Assembly: GCA_951406725.2 (NCBI GenBank)
Contig: OX597814.1
Coordinates: 101,618,001 to 101,682,000 of the forward strand
DNA length: 64,000 nt
Direction of reading: 5' to 3'
DNA from: Octopus vulgaris
Lineage: Eukaryota
In this document: piece after piece, positions 26,650 to 41,166 of the stretch
How the letters are laid out: the number at the start of each line of letters is the position of its first letter
How positions within the stretch are numbered: the stretch's first letter is position 1
Position numbers and translations under genes: made by a program
Notes under the pieces: generated by a model
What the model saw: the letters and a program-made list of their open reading frames with translations, nothing else
What the model was told of the DNA's origin: nothing
Databases searched by the model: none

Positions 26650-26753
26650 ATATATATATAAGTGTGTGTGTGTGTGTATACACTCACATTTATGTTTACA
26701 TATACATACAAATGTCTATATGTATTACGCTGCGTATGGTATTCTTTTTCAGA

Positions 26754-26786
<33 letters not shown>

Positions 26787-27062
26787 CGCGCGCGCGTGTG
26801 TATGCATGCATGCATGTGCGTATGGAAGTATATATGTATGTATGTATGTATGTGAAATCTAAAAATGCGTTTGTTTGTATATGCGATACGTTTTCGTTGT
26901 TTATACGACTGTTAAATTCGTATATTCGATTTGCTTATGTGTTTCCTTTCAGCTCACTTTGTATTTTACACGCGTGTGTGAATCTCATTTTGGATATATG
27001 TGTGTGTTTTTGTCACTTAAATACATACATACATGTCATACATATTTATATGTATATATGTA

Positions 27063-27112
<50 letters not shown>

Positions 27113-27160
27113 TTTATAAATGTACCTAGGAATATACATATATATACATACATATATATT

Positions 27161-27206
<46 letters not shown>

Positions 27207-27642
27207 TGTAAATATGTGTATGTAAATTTGGATGTTATATCAGTTGTGTTTGTGAGAATGGTTTTTTTTTGTATTTGTATTTGTCTTGTGTGTGTGTGTA
27301 TGTGTATGTATTTGTTGTACTGTATTCTGTCGGTATTGTTTGTACATATGTGCCTGTGTATGTTTATCAATCATTTTGTGTTTTTTCAAAGATGGCTAAC
27401 TTCTACTTAGTGAAAGATTATTTTATAAACAAACAATCATATCAGCACATTCAAACCGCATTAACTGCCTTATCTGAACACACACATACACGCGCACATA
27501 CGCACACGCACATACACACACTTGTACGTGTGTGTGTATATGTGTCTCCGTATTTGTGTGTGTGTATGCATATATATATATATGCATACACATATACATA
27601 TACAATGTGTATACATAATATATCTATTTATCTATATATCTA

Positions 27643-27720
<78 letters not shown>

Positions 27721-27744
27721 TAGATATATACACACATACATATC

Positions 27745-27806
<62 letters not shown>

Positions 27807-28480
27807 CGTATGCATGCATACGTATATTCATGGATAGACATTTACGAATATGACGAATATATATTTGTGGATGTATATATGTAAACACACACACTTATAC
27901 ACATCTATACATATCACGTTTCGCAAGAGAGCAAGTGATAGAGAGAGAAAAAAAAAGTGATGGCGGTGGGCTCCATTAAAGAAACCATTTGTTCTATATG
28001 AATGCGTACAAAAGGGGAAAAAAAATTGAGAAACAAAGAAAAAAAGCAAGGAGAAAAGGAGAAAAAAAAGAAAGAAATGCGTATCTTCTCGTTTATTTTT
28101 CCACGTGTTTTAATATTTGCGCTAGCCGTGCTATAATGCTCGTTTAAACTGCTCTCGTCGATTGAGTCATTGACTTAAGAAATAAACTTAACAGTAGGTC
28201 TCTATCAGAACAGTTTTATCATTATGCCAAACATCAGCTTTACAAGAACAACAACAGCAACAACAACAACAACGACGACGACGACGACCACGGCAACAGT
28301 AATAACAGCAATGATGATGATGATAATGATGATGATGATGATGATGATGGTGATGATGGTGATGATGATGGCGACGATACGTTGTGTGTAATTCATTTGG
28401 ATTTTTCTTTGGTATGGTATGCTTTTTGTTCAAACATATTTACTTCTGATTATTTGTTTCACCTTTTCCTCTGCGTGTGT

Positions 28481-28520
<40 letters not shown>

Positions 28521-28704
28521 ACGTATGCATATAGATATACGTATGTACACATATATGCAAAAATACATATATACATACAGACACACAGATATATCCATAT
28601 ATATACACAGTGTATTTATATATATATATATATATATATATACGCATATATATATATATGTATATATATGTATATATATATACATATATATATCTATATA
28701 TATA

Positions 28705-28757
<53 letters not shown>

Positions 28758-28771
28758 ATATGCATATATGC

Positions 28772-28805
<34 letters not shown>

Positions 28806-28925
28806 ATGTATGTAAGTATGTATGTATGTTTCTTTGTATGTATGCATGCATGCATGTATGTATGTATGTATGTATGTATGTATGTATTTATGTATGTATG
28901 TATGTATGTATGTATGTATGTATGC
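26650..28925. repeat. Low-complexity zone of (AT)n, (GT)n, (TATG)n, (GAT)n, (CAA)n with short unique islands
   Basis: Direct inspection. Confidence 0.9.
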
Positions 28926-29308
28926 ATATCGGGCTCGTGTGTACAGTGCTTCTTGTGACATATTTGAAATAAACAAACGAACAAAGAAACAAATAAAAAA
29001 AAACAACAAAGCTTGCCTCTCGTTTACAGTTAACAAGAAGGCTGAGATAAAGATCTCTTGCTTATGTTATGAACGCACTGCTGATGTGGATTGCTCTATG
29101 TCTTTGCCAGTAAACACAACCCAAACAACTGGTTTATAGATAGGAATCCAGAATAGAATTGTCATTGATCGGGTGAGTTATTTCATTCAGTCATTTTCTC
29201 TTCATAGACAAAGTGAATTCCGTGACTCTTTATGTCGCGGTGACACCATTTTTTTCATATTCAATACGTAAAACCCGTCAGGGTATACGTATAGTGTTAT
29301 ATATTCTT

Positions 29309-29660
29309 TTATTACCTCCGCCTTATCAAATACGGAGGTATTGTTTCAGTCGTGTTTACTTGTTTGTCCGTGGACCAAATATCTCAAGAACCGCTGGATG
29401 GATTCGGATGAAACTTTCAGGAATGTTTGGCCTTGTGACTGACACGAACTGATTAGATTTTGGGATCGATCCTGTACCGGACAAGGATTCTAGATTGTTT
29501 TTTCTGTTTTTTACTTAATCTTTGAGAGCAGTCGTGTTCATTTTTAGTATTCTCGCTTACGAGAGGAGTCGAGTTTGTTTCAGATATTCTCGCTGGCAAA
29601 TCGTTGAGAGGATGTTGGTGTTGCTTTGGCGGAGGTTTGCGCTCTCTGAGTGCTCTTGTT
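29309..29660 (+). mobile_element. DINE-1/HINE-like (Helentron-associated) non-autonomous element
   Basis: SubTIR acctccgcc (29314-22) with a nearby partial inverted copy cggaggt; 3' ggcggaggt (29628-36) followed by hairpin gcgctctctgagtgc; T-rich insertion site. Confidence 0.75.
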
Positions 29661-29900
29661 CTTTTACTTGTTTCAGTCAATTGACTGCGGCCATGCTGGA
29701 TCACCGCTTTGAAGGGTTTTAGTCGAACAAATTGATCCCAGAACTTATTTTTGAAACAAGCCTAGTACTTATTCTACTGGTCTCTTTTTTTTTCTTTTCT
29801 TTTTTATTTTTATTTTTGCCGGACTGCTAAATTACGGGGAGGTAAACACACCAACTCTGGTTGTCAAGTGGTGATGGGGGAAACAAACATAGACACAAAC
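29661..29900 (-). mobile_element. SINE family A, 3' half
   Basis: ttttacttgtttcagtcaattgactgcggccatgctgga. Confidence 0.85.
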
Positions 29901-29909
29901 ACACACACA

Positions 29910-29969
<60 letters not shown>

Positions 29970-29974
29970 TATAT

Positions 29975-30138
29975 GGGCGCAAGAGTGGCTATGCAGTAAG
30001 AAGCTTGCTTTCCAACCACACGGATCCGGATTTAGTTCCACTGCGTGGCAACATGGGCAATCGTCTCCTACTATAGCCTCGGGTTGAACCAAAGCCTTAT
30101 GAGGGAATTTAATCGACAGAAACTGAAAGAAGCCAGTC

Positions 30139-30186
<48 letters not shown>

Positions 30187-30385
30187 CTCTGGGTGTCAGT
30201 GTTTGTCTTCCTACTACCGCTAGGCAACCCATGTTGGTGCGTTTACGTCCCCGTAACTTAACGGTTCGGTAAGTACCAAGCTTAAAAATTCAAAAGTACT
30301 GGGTTCATTACATCCGAGTAGAATTCTTCAAGGCGGTGCACCAGTATGGATACTGCCTAATGTCTGAAAAACTAAAAGAATGAAA
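29975..30385 (+). mobile_element. SINE family A, full length
   Basis: Head ggcgcaagagtggct, internal (AT)n, tail aggcggtgcaccagtatgg. Confidence 0.85.
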
Positions 30386-30406
30386 TAATGTGTGTGTGTG
30401 TGTATG

Positions 30407-30479
<73 letters not shown>

Positions 30480-30594
30480 GACGATTTTCTTTGAGTTTCA
30501 GTCTATGAAATCAACTCGCAAGGCTTTGGTCAGCCCGCGGTTATAATAGAAGACACTAGCTCAAGTGATTTGGAAGCAAGCTTCTTGCAACACT

Positions 30595-31279
30595 GGCCAG
30601 CCTGGGAAATTTTTTTTCTCACGTGAGTTCCAGACCCCAGTAATGAACTCATTTGCATGTACTCAATCATAGCCCACCTTGAAAATCCACATACTACTAC
30701 AGTACATGCAGTCAGACATAGAATAGTGTATGCCACTCTGTGAGTCCAGTACAGCAGGTCTCTCATAAGCACTACATACCCCACCCCCACCATTCTCATA
30801 GATCAAATAGCACCATCTCTATATGGAGCTAACGTTAGGTACCTATGCTCAGACAGAGATTAGTGATACTGCATGTACCCATTGATATATTCAAGGAGGG
30901 CGCAATACGACACAGCGCCATATTGATTACGGTGTTCGCAGATCAACACCATCATTTTAAATTAGAAATGTTCAAAATCAGTCAAAAAATTAGGAAACTA
31001 GACTCATTTACATTTTCTAGTAGATTACACTAATTAGCAACACATTGTATAATTGGTGAGCAGTTCTCCATTCACTTTATACACTAAATTTCACATTTGT
31101 CAGCCTTATTAACCCGTTTAAAACAGTTAGATTTTGTTATAACGCACATTTTCCACTGAACTCAACCAGAGTATTTTCACTAGGTGGACACTTGATAGTT
31201 GAGCTCTGATTGGCTGTATACGAGTTCATAACTGGGGGGGACCGGATTCTCGTGGGAAAAAAACTTTCGCGGCTAGACC
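30595..31279. mobile_element. Unclassified non-autonomous TIR element (~57-bp imperfect TIRs, GG termini)
   Basis: Left ggccagcctgggaaa(t)nctcacgtgagttccagaccccagtaatgaactc; right reverse complement ggtctagccgcgaaag(t)ncccacgagaatccggt(c)nagttatgaactc. Confidence 0.6.
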
Positions 31280-31534
31280 GAGTTTATAGTAGAAGACACT
31301 AGCTAAGTGATTTCGAAGCAAGCTTCCTACCACACTGCCGCGCCTGCGCCAAAACAAAGCCTGCTGTGATCAGGATATATATTCATATATCTTTTATTTC
31401 TTATGTTTTGCTTGTTTTTCACATTAGGCTGCAGTCGTGCTGGGGCCGCACATTGAAGGGTTTAGTCAGACAAATCGACACTACTATTTATGTATTTATG
31501 TTTGTTTTTCTTTAAGTTTCGCCGCCATTCTATG

Positions 31535-31704
31535 CAAGCCCGTCGCCAGACTTTGGTGCCCGAGTATACTTCAGGATATACTGGGTGGGCACTAATTTGT
31601 AATAATGCTAAAGTGGAGTCACCGAAGTAGAGTAAATCTATGGGTGCACCACTGAATGGTGAGGGGGAAGTACCGTCTTGTGTATCCCCTTAGCGACGGG
31701 TGTG
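31535..31704. mobile_element. hAT-like MITE inserted in a minus-strand SINE A 3' half (31405-31795)
   Basis: TIR caagcccgtcgc / gcgacgggtgtg; imperfect 8-bp TSD attctatg / attttatt at the SINE's attctatc site. Confidence 0.6.
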
Positions 31705-31891
31705 ATTTTATTTGTGTCTTCTGCCGAACCGCTAATTTACATAAACAAAACAACATCGATTGTCAAGCGAATGTGGTGGAGACAAACACAAGCAGAAATA
31801 CACACACACATACATACGCACATACATACATACGCACATACATACCTACTTACATACATACATATGACTATATATATATATATATATATAT

Positions 31892-32270
31892 GGAGCAGGA
31901 GTGGCTGTGTGATAAGAAGCTTGCTTCCCACCCAACCACATGATTCCGGGTTCACACCCACAGCGTGACACCTAGGGCAAGTGTCTTGTGCTATAGCCAC
32001 GAGCCGACCAAAGCCTTGTGAGTGGATTTGGTAGACGGAAACTGAAAGAAACCCGTCATGTTTGTGTGTCTGAGCTTGTTCCACCCACCATCGCTTGACA
32101 ACCGATGTTGGTGTGTTTACCTCCCCGTGACCTAGTAGTTCGGCAAAAGAGACCGATAGAATAAGTACTATGCTTACAAAGAATAAGTCCTGGGGTCGAT
32201 TTCTCTGACTTAAGGCAGTGTTCCAGCATGGCCGTAATCAAATGACTGAAACAAGTAGAAGAATAAAAGA
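31892..32270 (+). mobile_element. SINE family A, full length, minimal internal microsatellite
   Basis: Collinear with the 26245 copy. Confidence 0.9.
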
Positions 32271-32317
32271 TTAAAAGTATATATATATATGCATACATAT
32301 ATATGTGGGGGGGTGTA

Positions 32318-32585
32318 TGACTTAGATTTATTTTGTCCATTTTTGGTTCAGACCATGACTAACCTGATGATTCCACCTGGAGATGTCTTTTAATCCATGT
32401 TTCAGAAAAACATGGCCCACTCAAGCAAAGAAATGCTGTTGGTTGAGACTTATCCAGGTGTTGGTGGTTTGTCTGGTACTTCTTGGCGGAATTTGTCTGA
32501 ACACAGTTTCAAAGTTATGGCGTCTTTTGCTACTTAAATTTCTTTCGAGATAACGTTGAGTAAAGCAAGACCAATTCAGGTAAAA
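32318..32585 (-). mobile_element. Older CR1/L2 LINE 3' fragment
   Basis: Reverse translation GLALLNVISKEI..DKFRQEVPDKPPTPG..SLLEWA parallels the ORF2 C-terminus at 14800-14960. Confidence 0.75.
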
Positions 32586-32854
32586 TCTTCCTGCCCCTTT
32601 TCTACCTTTTCTTTCGTTACTTTACTGGCGTCTTCTCTCCGGAAGAACCTGATCTCGTGCCATCTCCACTCCAGCATTTCTGTCACAATCATCAGTTCTC
32701 ACCCATATTATATGAAGTACCACCACTACTTCAGAATCTACGTAAGACACTACTCTATCTCACTAAAACACTGACCGTCTGAAATTCTAAATCTACAATT
32801 TTTTCCCTACCGGCGTCAACTTTCAAATCTTTTATCTTTAGTTTTTTCTCCTTT

Positions 32855-33481
<627 letters not shown>

Positions 33482-34187
33482 GTTCAAAAATAATATCAAC
33501 GACATCAGTCGTGCAGGTTTCGGAGTGGCTGCGAAGGCCACAGAATTTCTTCTTCAAAACCGAACGACTGTGTGTATGTAGAGGAGTATTCAGAAGACTT
33601 CAACACAATATATGTGTCAATGACTACAAACACACTTCTTCTATGGTTACTGTCGTTGTAATGGGAAATGTGTGACTCCATATACATATATTATTTTTCT
33701 CTTATGTAGCGAAGATGGAAATGAACAAATCTAAGTGAATTAGATAAAATAGACAAAACGAATAAATAAACAGATGAACATTAATATCCTATTTAGAGAT
33801 CCCAGTAAAACCTATTTGGTTTCTCATATTTTTTCATTCTCAATTTTACTAGAAAAATGAAAGAAAATAATATTTTCGCCGCCATTACAATGAAAACAAA
33901 TCTCATTGATTCACCTCTACCGTAATATTCTTGACTGCTGACCTAAGTGTTTCCATGAGGGGGCAAGAAATAAATTTGTTTTCATAATCATTGTGCTTTA
34001 TTTCTTTTAAAATTTATTGATATAAGTTCCCAGTTTTTCTTCGCTTCTCCTACATTATTTCCAAATAGTTTCCGGTCGAATTTACACGAAATTTCAACTG
34101 CAATAATCTATTTAGCAATAGAAACCACATAGGATTTTGAAAGAGAGTAAATGCATGTGTGTAATAAAAGTGTGTATGTGCGTGTGC

Positions 34188-34236
<49 letters not shown>

Positions 34237-35105
34237 AGAGATAGAGAAGGAGGGAGCGAAAGAGAATGCTGAATGTGTGAGGAGCGAGAATATGGATATG
34301 AGTATTTATGTGAATATGTATATAGGCGTATGTTGGTGGGTAGGCGTGTGTACGCGTATTTTCAAATGATGAACGGGGAGAGTAAGAGTAAAGCAAAGGA
34401 ATAAAGAGACGAGCAATAGACAGTGGGAGTGATATGGTTGACGATGCAGTAACGGAGTAGGGAGCGAAAAGAATGTTATAAAAAGGCAGCAACATTGATG
34501 ATGATACGTGACAATGGGAGTTTCACTGAGAGAACTGCTAATGTTTCAATATCCTGGAACACAGTTGGACAAGAAGTAATCACGAGATTTTAGCGTCAGA
34601 GAAATACAATGCAACAGAGTTAGCGGTAGAAGAAATCTAGTAATTATGAAAGGTTGGTAAGCTGAGAAAAACAGAATGATAGAAGTAAACGTAAAATAAA
34701 GCCAATGAGCAATATCATTGGTTTTCATTAGCCACCTATCTGTCTTGTGTCACTTCTAAACCCAGGTCAATAAGCAGCTTCTATCTCCTTAGAGTTACGA
34801 AAGGACTTCATTTTCTGTGATGTTTGGCAAGCTCATAATCTCACCCTTTATCACTGTCTGGTCATTAACAATGAAGTCGACCAGCTCTCATAAATCAAAC
34901 GGCTTGATCTGCGGACAGACAAATCACGGCAGTATTTTCTCGTTTTAATCTCCCAAGTGGTCGCTACATCTCCACTATTTAATCACAGTTCACTTGTTTA
35001 TGTTCGTCGGCTCTTCCTCTTTCACTCACCCACGTTCTCTCCCTCTCTCGCACTATCGCTCTCTAGTTATGTCTATACATATATGTGCGTGTGTATTTGT
35101 GTGCG

Positions 35106-35151
<46 letters not shown>

Positions 35152-35176
35152 CACACACATACACACATACACATAG

Positions 35177-35209
<33 letters not shown>

Positions 35210-35921
35210 TACATACATGCACACACACGCACGCACACACATATACACACACATATTCACATATACAGATCGTCTCTTCATTTTCACTTTCTTTTCCCTA
35301 CTCCCCAATTTTCTCTTCTATCGCTCTCTCTCTCTCTCTCTTTCTCCTTCTCTCCCTCTCCCTGTCTCTCTCGCGCGCGCAAGCGGTCTGCCTGCTTCAC
35401 TGCCATACATACACTTTTCTATATATTAATACAAATGCATTGACACATTCAGCTGGCTACCGACGAACCCGCCGGCATTTTGCGGTTTAGATGAGTCGCC
35501 AGAATATTACGAAAATGATAGAGCTGGTGATATAGCTCTGATATAGTTAAGTGGTGATGATGGCCGTCGGGGGTAATAGTTATGGTGGTGGCGCTGCTAC
35601 TGCTGCTGGTGCTGGTGGTTATGGTGGTGGGCGCTGGTGCTGGTGCTAGTGCTGGTGGCGATGGTGGTACAGATTGTGATTGGGTTGATTAAATTACTGT
35701 GCTGGTAGGAGTGTTTTGATCAGTTGTTGTTATGTTGCAGTGGTGTAGTCAATGATTTCAAACATACCTAACGTAGATTGATTGTCAGCTGGCCACACAA
35801 GCCAGCATTTCATTTGCAACTATCAATTTTACAATTATGGCCAGTAAGCATATATATCTCTCTATATTAGCGAGAAGAATAAACGAAAGCGATATAATCA
35901 TTTTATCATATATGTATTTGA

Positions 35922-35952
<31 letters not shown>

Positions 35953-36305
35953 AATGCACACACACACAACCGCACACACACACAAACACACACACACACA
36001 CACATATATATAGCGATGAGTGGACAAAGGAAAGAAAGGAGCTACATATATTACTTAATAACAGTTTGATGCAACTCCATGCAGCTTCAACTTTTGGCGA
36101 CTTGTAGAAGGAATCTATCTCGTCAGGCATGTGTGACAGAGTTGCGTGTAAATGTGTGTGCGCATGGACTGACATGTTATCTGCTCATATTTTTTGTATA
36201 AAACTAAGCATTTTACATATAGCAATTTATAAAAGTACTATACTAACACACCCACACAAATGCACACACACACACAGACAAATGCGCATACACATGCATA
36301 CACAC

Positions 36306-36337
<32 letters not shown>

Positions 36338-36421
36338 GAACATACACTCATAAGCATAAGTACAATTACAGGTGTAGCCATACATGCGCATAAAAATATA
36401 TGGATACATACTCATAAATTC

Positions 36422-36797
36422 GTGGAGGCGCAATTTCCCAGTAGTTAGGGCAGCAGACTCGCGGTCTTAGGATCGCGGTTTCGATTCCCAAACCGGGCGT
36501 TGTTAGTGTTTATTGAGCGAAAACACCTAAAACTCCACGAGGTTCCGGCAGATGGTAGTGGTGAACCCTGCTGTACTCTTTCACCACAACTTTCTCTCAC
36601 TCATTCTTCCTGTTTCTGTTGTACCTGTATTTCAAAGGGCCTGGCTTGTCACACTCAGTGTCACGCTGAATCTCCCCGAGAACTACGTTAAGGGTACACG
36701 TGTCTGTGGCGTGCTCAGCCACTTCCACGTGCTCAGGCACTTGCACGTTAATTTCAACTGGAACACTCGTCGTCGTAACCGACGGAGTGGCAACAAA
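36422..36797 (+). mobile_element. tRNA-derived SINE family D
   Basis: Box A-like cccagtagttagg, box B ggtttcgattccc, CORE-like ttgagcgaaaacac, (caa)n-like tail. Related fragments at ~60270-60420 (+) and ~54175-54330 (-). Confidence 0.7.
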
Positions 36798-37374
36798 ACA
36801 CATACATTCTCTTTCTCTTTCTCACACAGCCATATTTCTTTGTCTTCTTTTCTAAGTGCACCTATAATCTCTCGATGTGTACGTATATCTGTGTTTGTGT
36901 GTGTATATATATATATGCGTGGGTGCATGAATGTGTGTATGTGCGAAACACACACACACAGTAATGAATGACGCGCATAGAAGTGAGCTTGTAAATCAAG
37001 TCATTAAATAATGATATGTGTAATAACGTAGTCTTTTGTAGTCCAAGAAAGACGTTTCCACAATTTCATGTACCATGCATCAAATGTCGAGGTGATCTCA
37101 GAGCAACGTGAGATGAAGTGTTTTGCTCAAGAACACATGTCCTTCGGTCTAGATTTTAAATCTACGATCTTCCGATCCTAGTGCAACACCGTAACCACTA
37201 GGCCTTGCACCATCCCCGTAAAACAATACTGAAGCATTATATACCTAGTAAAATATATGCAGTTGCAAGTCAAGTATATTACATGGGCCAAATGGACACT
37301 ATGCAACAGATAAAAACGCTATCATACATTGCTTCTAGTTATAATCAGTGATAATAGATTTTAAAATAATATTG

Positions 37375-38320
37375 GTTTCAAATTTTGGCATCATGCTAGC
37401 AAATTCGAGGAAAGGAATACGTCGATTACAACATCGGCCCCAGGGTTCAATTGGTACTTATTTTATCGACTCAGAAAGGGACGGCGAAATTCGAACTCAG
37501 AAAGCAAAGACAGACAAAACGACGCCAAGCATTTTCTTCGGTATGCTAACGATTTCGCCAGCTCACCGCCTTGATAACACCAATAAAAAGGCGGCGAGCT
37601 GGCAGAAACATTAGCACGCCGGGCGAAATGCTCAGTGGTATTTCGTCTGCCGTTACGTTCTGAGTTCAAATTCCACCAAGGACGACTTTGCCTTTTATCC
37701 TTTCGGTGTCGATAAATTAAGTACCAGTTACGCACTGGGGCCGATGTAATCGGCTTAATCCGTTTGTCTGTCCTTGTTCGTCCCGTCTGTGTTTAGCCCC
37801 TTGTGGATAGTAAAGAAATAGGTAATTCGTCTGTCTTTACATTCTGAATTCAAATTCCGCCGAGGTCAACTTTGCCTTTCATCCTTCCGGGGTCGATAAT
37901 TTAAGTACCAGTTGCGTACTGGGGTCGATCTCATCGACAGGCACCCTCCGCCAAAATTTCGGGCCTGGTGCCTAGAGTAGAAAAGAATAATAATACTTGT
38001 TTTTAAAAAATTGATATATTGATTACAAATTTTGGCACAAGGCCAGCAATGTAAGTGGAGGAGGCTTGTAAATTACTTAGACTCAAGTACTAGTTCTTAT
38101 TTTATCGATCTCGAGAGGAAGAAAGGCAAAGTCGACCTCGGTGGAATTTGAACTCAGAACTCAAGGAGTCTTGTAGATTACGTAGACCCCAGTACTAGTT
38201 CTTATTTTATCGATCCCGAGAGGATGAAAAGCAAAGTCGATCTTATTGGAATTTGAACTTAAAGAAGGACGAAATGAATTTTGCCCGGTGAGCTAACGAT
38301 TTTGCCAGGTCACCGCTTTA
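37375..38320. mobile_element. Cluster of SINE family B copies: 37375-37572 (-), 37588-37990 (+, two units), 38028-38320 (-, partial duplication)
   Basis: Family B motifs on both strands. Confidence 0.85.
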
Positions 38321-38549
38321 CTAAAAAATAAAAAGCCACGTTTTGCACATTTCAGTGCAGCTTTCATTTTGGTACTGATTGGTACATTGATCTTTGCTGA
38401 TGGTTCATTTCGCATTTAGGGAAAGAAATAATGCAAACAATATATAACAGATTTCGATAGAAAACGATTGCTTACCGAGATGATTATTGCTAATTTCCTA
38501 TAAAACTAGAAAATTAATTTGGAAGCACAACGTAATAAAAACAAATGTA

Positions 38550-38810
38550 GGCACAAACGCAGCTGTGAAATAAAAAATTTATTTCCCAAAGACATAGTTC
38601 TGGATTCTGTCTCAATGCATTTGTGTGCGTTTGTGTGCGTGTGTTGCAAAACGCTTGCTTCCAAACCACATAGTTCTTGGTTTAGTCGCACTGCGAGTGT
38701 TCTTTGGGAAACTGTCTTTTGGCGGGCCTCGGGTCTACCAAATTTGGTAGACGGAAACTGGATGGAGTCTGTCATTCATACGTGTGTCTGTCAGTCTTTC
38801 TGTCTATCTG

Positions 38811-38859
<49 letters not shown>

Positions 38860-39055
38860 TTTGGTCTTTGTGTCTGTGTTTGTCCCTTGTCATGGTTTAA
38901 CAACCAGTGCTGGTTTGTTTATGCTCCCATAACATAGCGGTTTGGCAAAGAGATCAATAGAATAAGTACCAGACTTAAAATGAGTAAGTGCTGGATTCGA
39001 TTCATTTGACTAAATATTCAAGGCAACATGGTCACAGTATAATGCTTGAAATGAA
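38550..39055 (+). mobile_element. SINE family A, diverged, duplicated head
   Basis: tttggtagacggaaactg..(GT)n..agaataagtaccagac; the tail resumes at 39468 after an insertion. Confidence 0.7.
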
Positions 39056-39059
39056 AAAA

Positions 39060-39466
39060 ACGGTACCTGGTGGGGGCCATGATTACCCTGTGCGCAGATA
39101 AATTGTTTCACAAGTTATAGCATGGTTTACAATGTGTTGTTAACTTTTTTATAGGTATTTATACTCTGGTGAAACTAGGAAATCAACTGGTAAATAAACG
39201 AAACCCTCAAATCCATCACTGTACACAAACACACACACACGAACGCACGCACATACGCGCGCGCATATCTGTGTATGCATTTATGTATGTTTGGAGATAA
39301 TCAAACCAAATTTTCAGCATTTCGAGCCACTCACTCAATGAGTATTTTCGCCAAATTTGGTGAAAATCCGTTCAGCCGTTTTCCAGTAATTTTGCAAACA
39401 CACAGACAAACATACCAAGACGAGTGATTATAATACTCTGCTTTCGCTTACGTGCGGAGGGTACCA
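39060..39466 (-). mobile_element. DINE-1/HINE-like element
   Basis: SubTIR-like accctgtgcgc / gtgcggagggt, aaatttggtgaaaatccgttcagccgttt core and cagacaaaca repeats; splits a SINE tail. Confidence 0.55.
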
Positions 39467-40069
39467 CGGAAGTAAAAGAGATAAAAGCAACACATAATAA
39501 GAGTACGCTAGTAACACAATAAGCAATCACTAATTCTGTTGTGTCTGGGGATAGTCATTTTCTTTTTGTGCCTCATAATGTAACAAACTTACCGTCAAAA
39601 CTATTGAAAAGGTTGCAAGACGCAACGAAAATTTTAGAAAAATAAATATAAGAAATAAGTGGAAATTTTACTGGTGAGTGTGTTATATTATAAGGCACAA
39701 AAAGAAAATTACTCTCCCCAGATACAACAGAATATGCTTCAACACACGAACTCATATAAATAATCTTGCAAACCAAATCCAAAAGCGAAATACAATCACT
39801 AATTGCTTAAAGAAAATTCGAATCAATGCTCAAAAGTTTAAATCCTGCAGTGATGATAACCACTAATAAAGCACGAATCTCCACTACTCTTCTTCACGCA
39901 CCTATCTACTTTAAACTGGCAATAAACACTTAAACAATTTATATATGTTGAATATTAATCCCCACAGGCTTATAAACGACGATAGGCGCGTGGAATTTAC
40001 TATTCTAAATAAAATGCAAAAGACGAAGAAAAATAGGGAAGATCCTAGATTTGGCAATAGTTGCAGGAT

Positions 40070-40357
40070 TTTTCCACATGGCTTGGGAGTCAGTCTCACC
40101 GTGCGGCACCATCGGAATATGTCTTCTTCTATGGCTCTGGACCAACCAATGCATTGTGAGTAAATATAGTAGACACAAACTGTGGAAGAGCTCACACCAA
40201 TTGTTGGTTTGCTTACATCCCCATATCTTATCGATTCGGTAAATGAGGCCGATAGAATAAATAACAAACTTTAAAAATGATTATAGGAAAAATTTGTTCG
40301 ACTAATACCATTCAAGGCCTTCCCGCCAGTATGGCTGCAGTCCGGCGACTGAAACAA
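40070..40357 (+). mobile_element. SINE family A, diverged
   Basis: ccacatgg..gtcttcttctat..ccgatagaataa..aaggc..ccagtatggctgcagtc..gactgaaaca. Confidence 0.65.
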
Positions 40358-40819
40358 ACAAATATAATATATGAAATAAATGTAAAATAATAATGAAGAT
40401 AATAATAAAAATAAAGAGCAGGAGCACACGCGAGGACGTAAAGTATCATTGAAAAGGTCAGATATGTGATGAAAGATTTCCGGACAATGGACATTAGTTA
40501 AAATAAGAACAGTAATAAATGAGTGAAGCAAACATAATACATGAGCATCCCGAAACGCGGCAATGAAGATATAGCTTCATTTAAATTGAACCCATCGCGC
40601 GACAGATAAACCAGTTATGAATCGATCGTTTCTCAAAGGTTTTAATATCATTTGAGGGGTATTTGAATGTTATTGCAAACAAGGATCCTCATGTTGACGC
40701 AGAAAATCGAAAAATTTTTCAACTGTATAGTCATAATATAAAAATGTGTGTGTAAATGCCTTTATGCTTTTGGGTATGGGTATATAGGCTTAGAAATATA
40801 AACGTGAATGATACACGTC

Positions 40820-40897
<78 letters not shown>

Positions 40898-40987
40898 CGT
40901 GCGTGTGTGTGTGTGTGTGCGCGCGCGAGCGTGTGTGCATGTTTATGTACGTTTTATATTTATGTGCAAAATCATAAATATGTATGC

Positions 40988-41018
<31 letters not shown>

Positions 41019-41135
41019 TTTATGTACTCATATATACACTCGCACAGTTTAGTGTGTATAAACATACAGACACAAATATACATACACACACACATATACA
41101 TACAGATACATGTATATATATATACATAGATACAG

Positions 41136-41166
<31 letters not shown>

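Noticed and set aside
28188-28433. Poly-His/Cys/Arg ORF
   Set aside because: Product of (GAT)n, (CAA)n and (CGA)n repeats.
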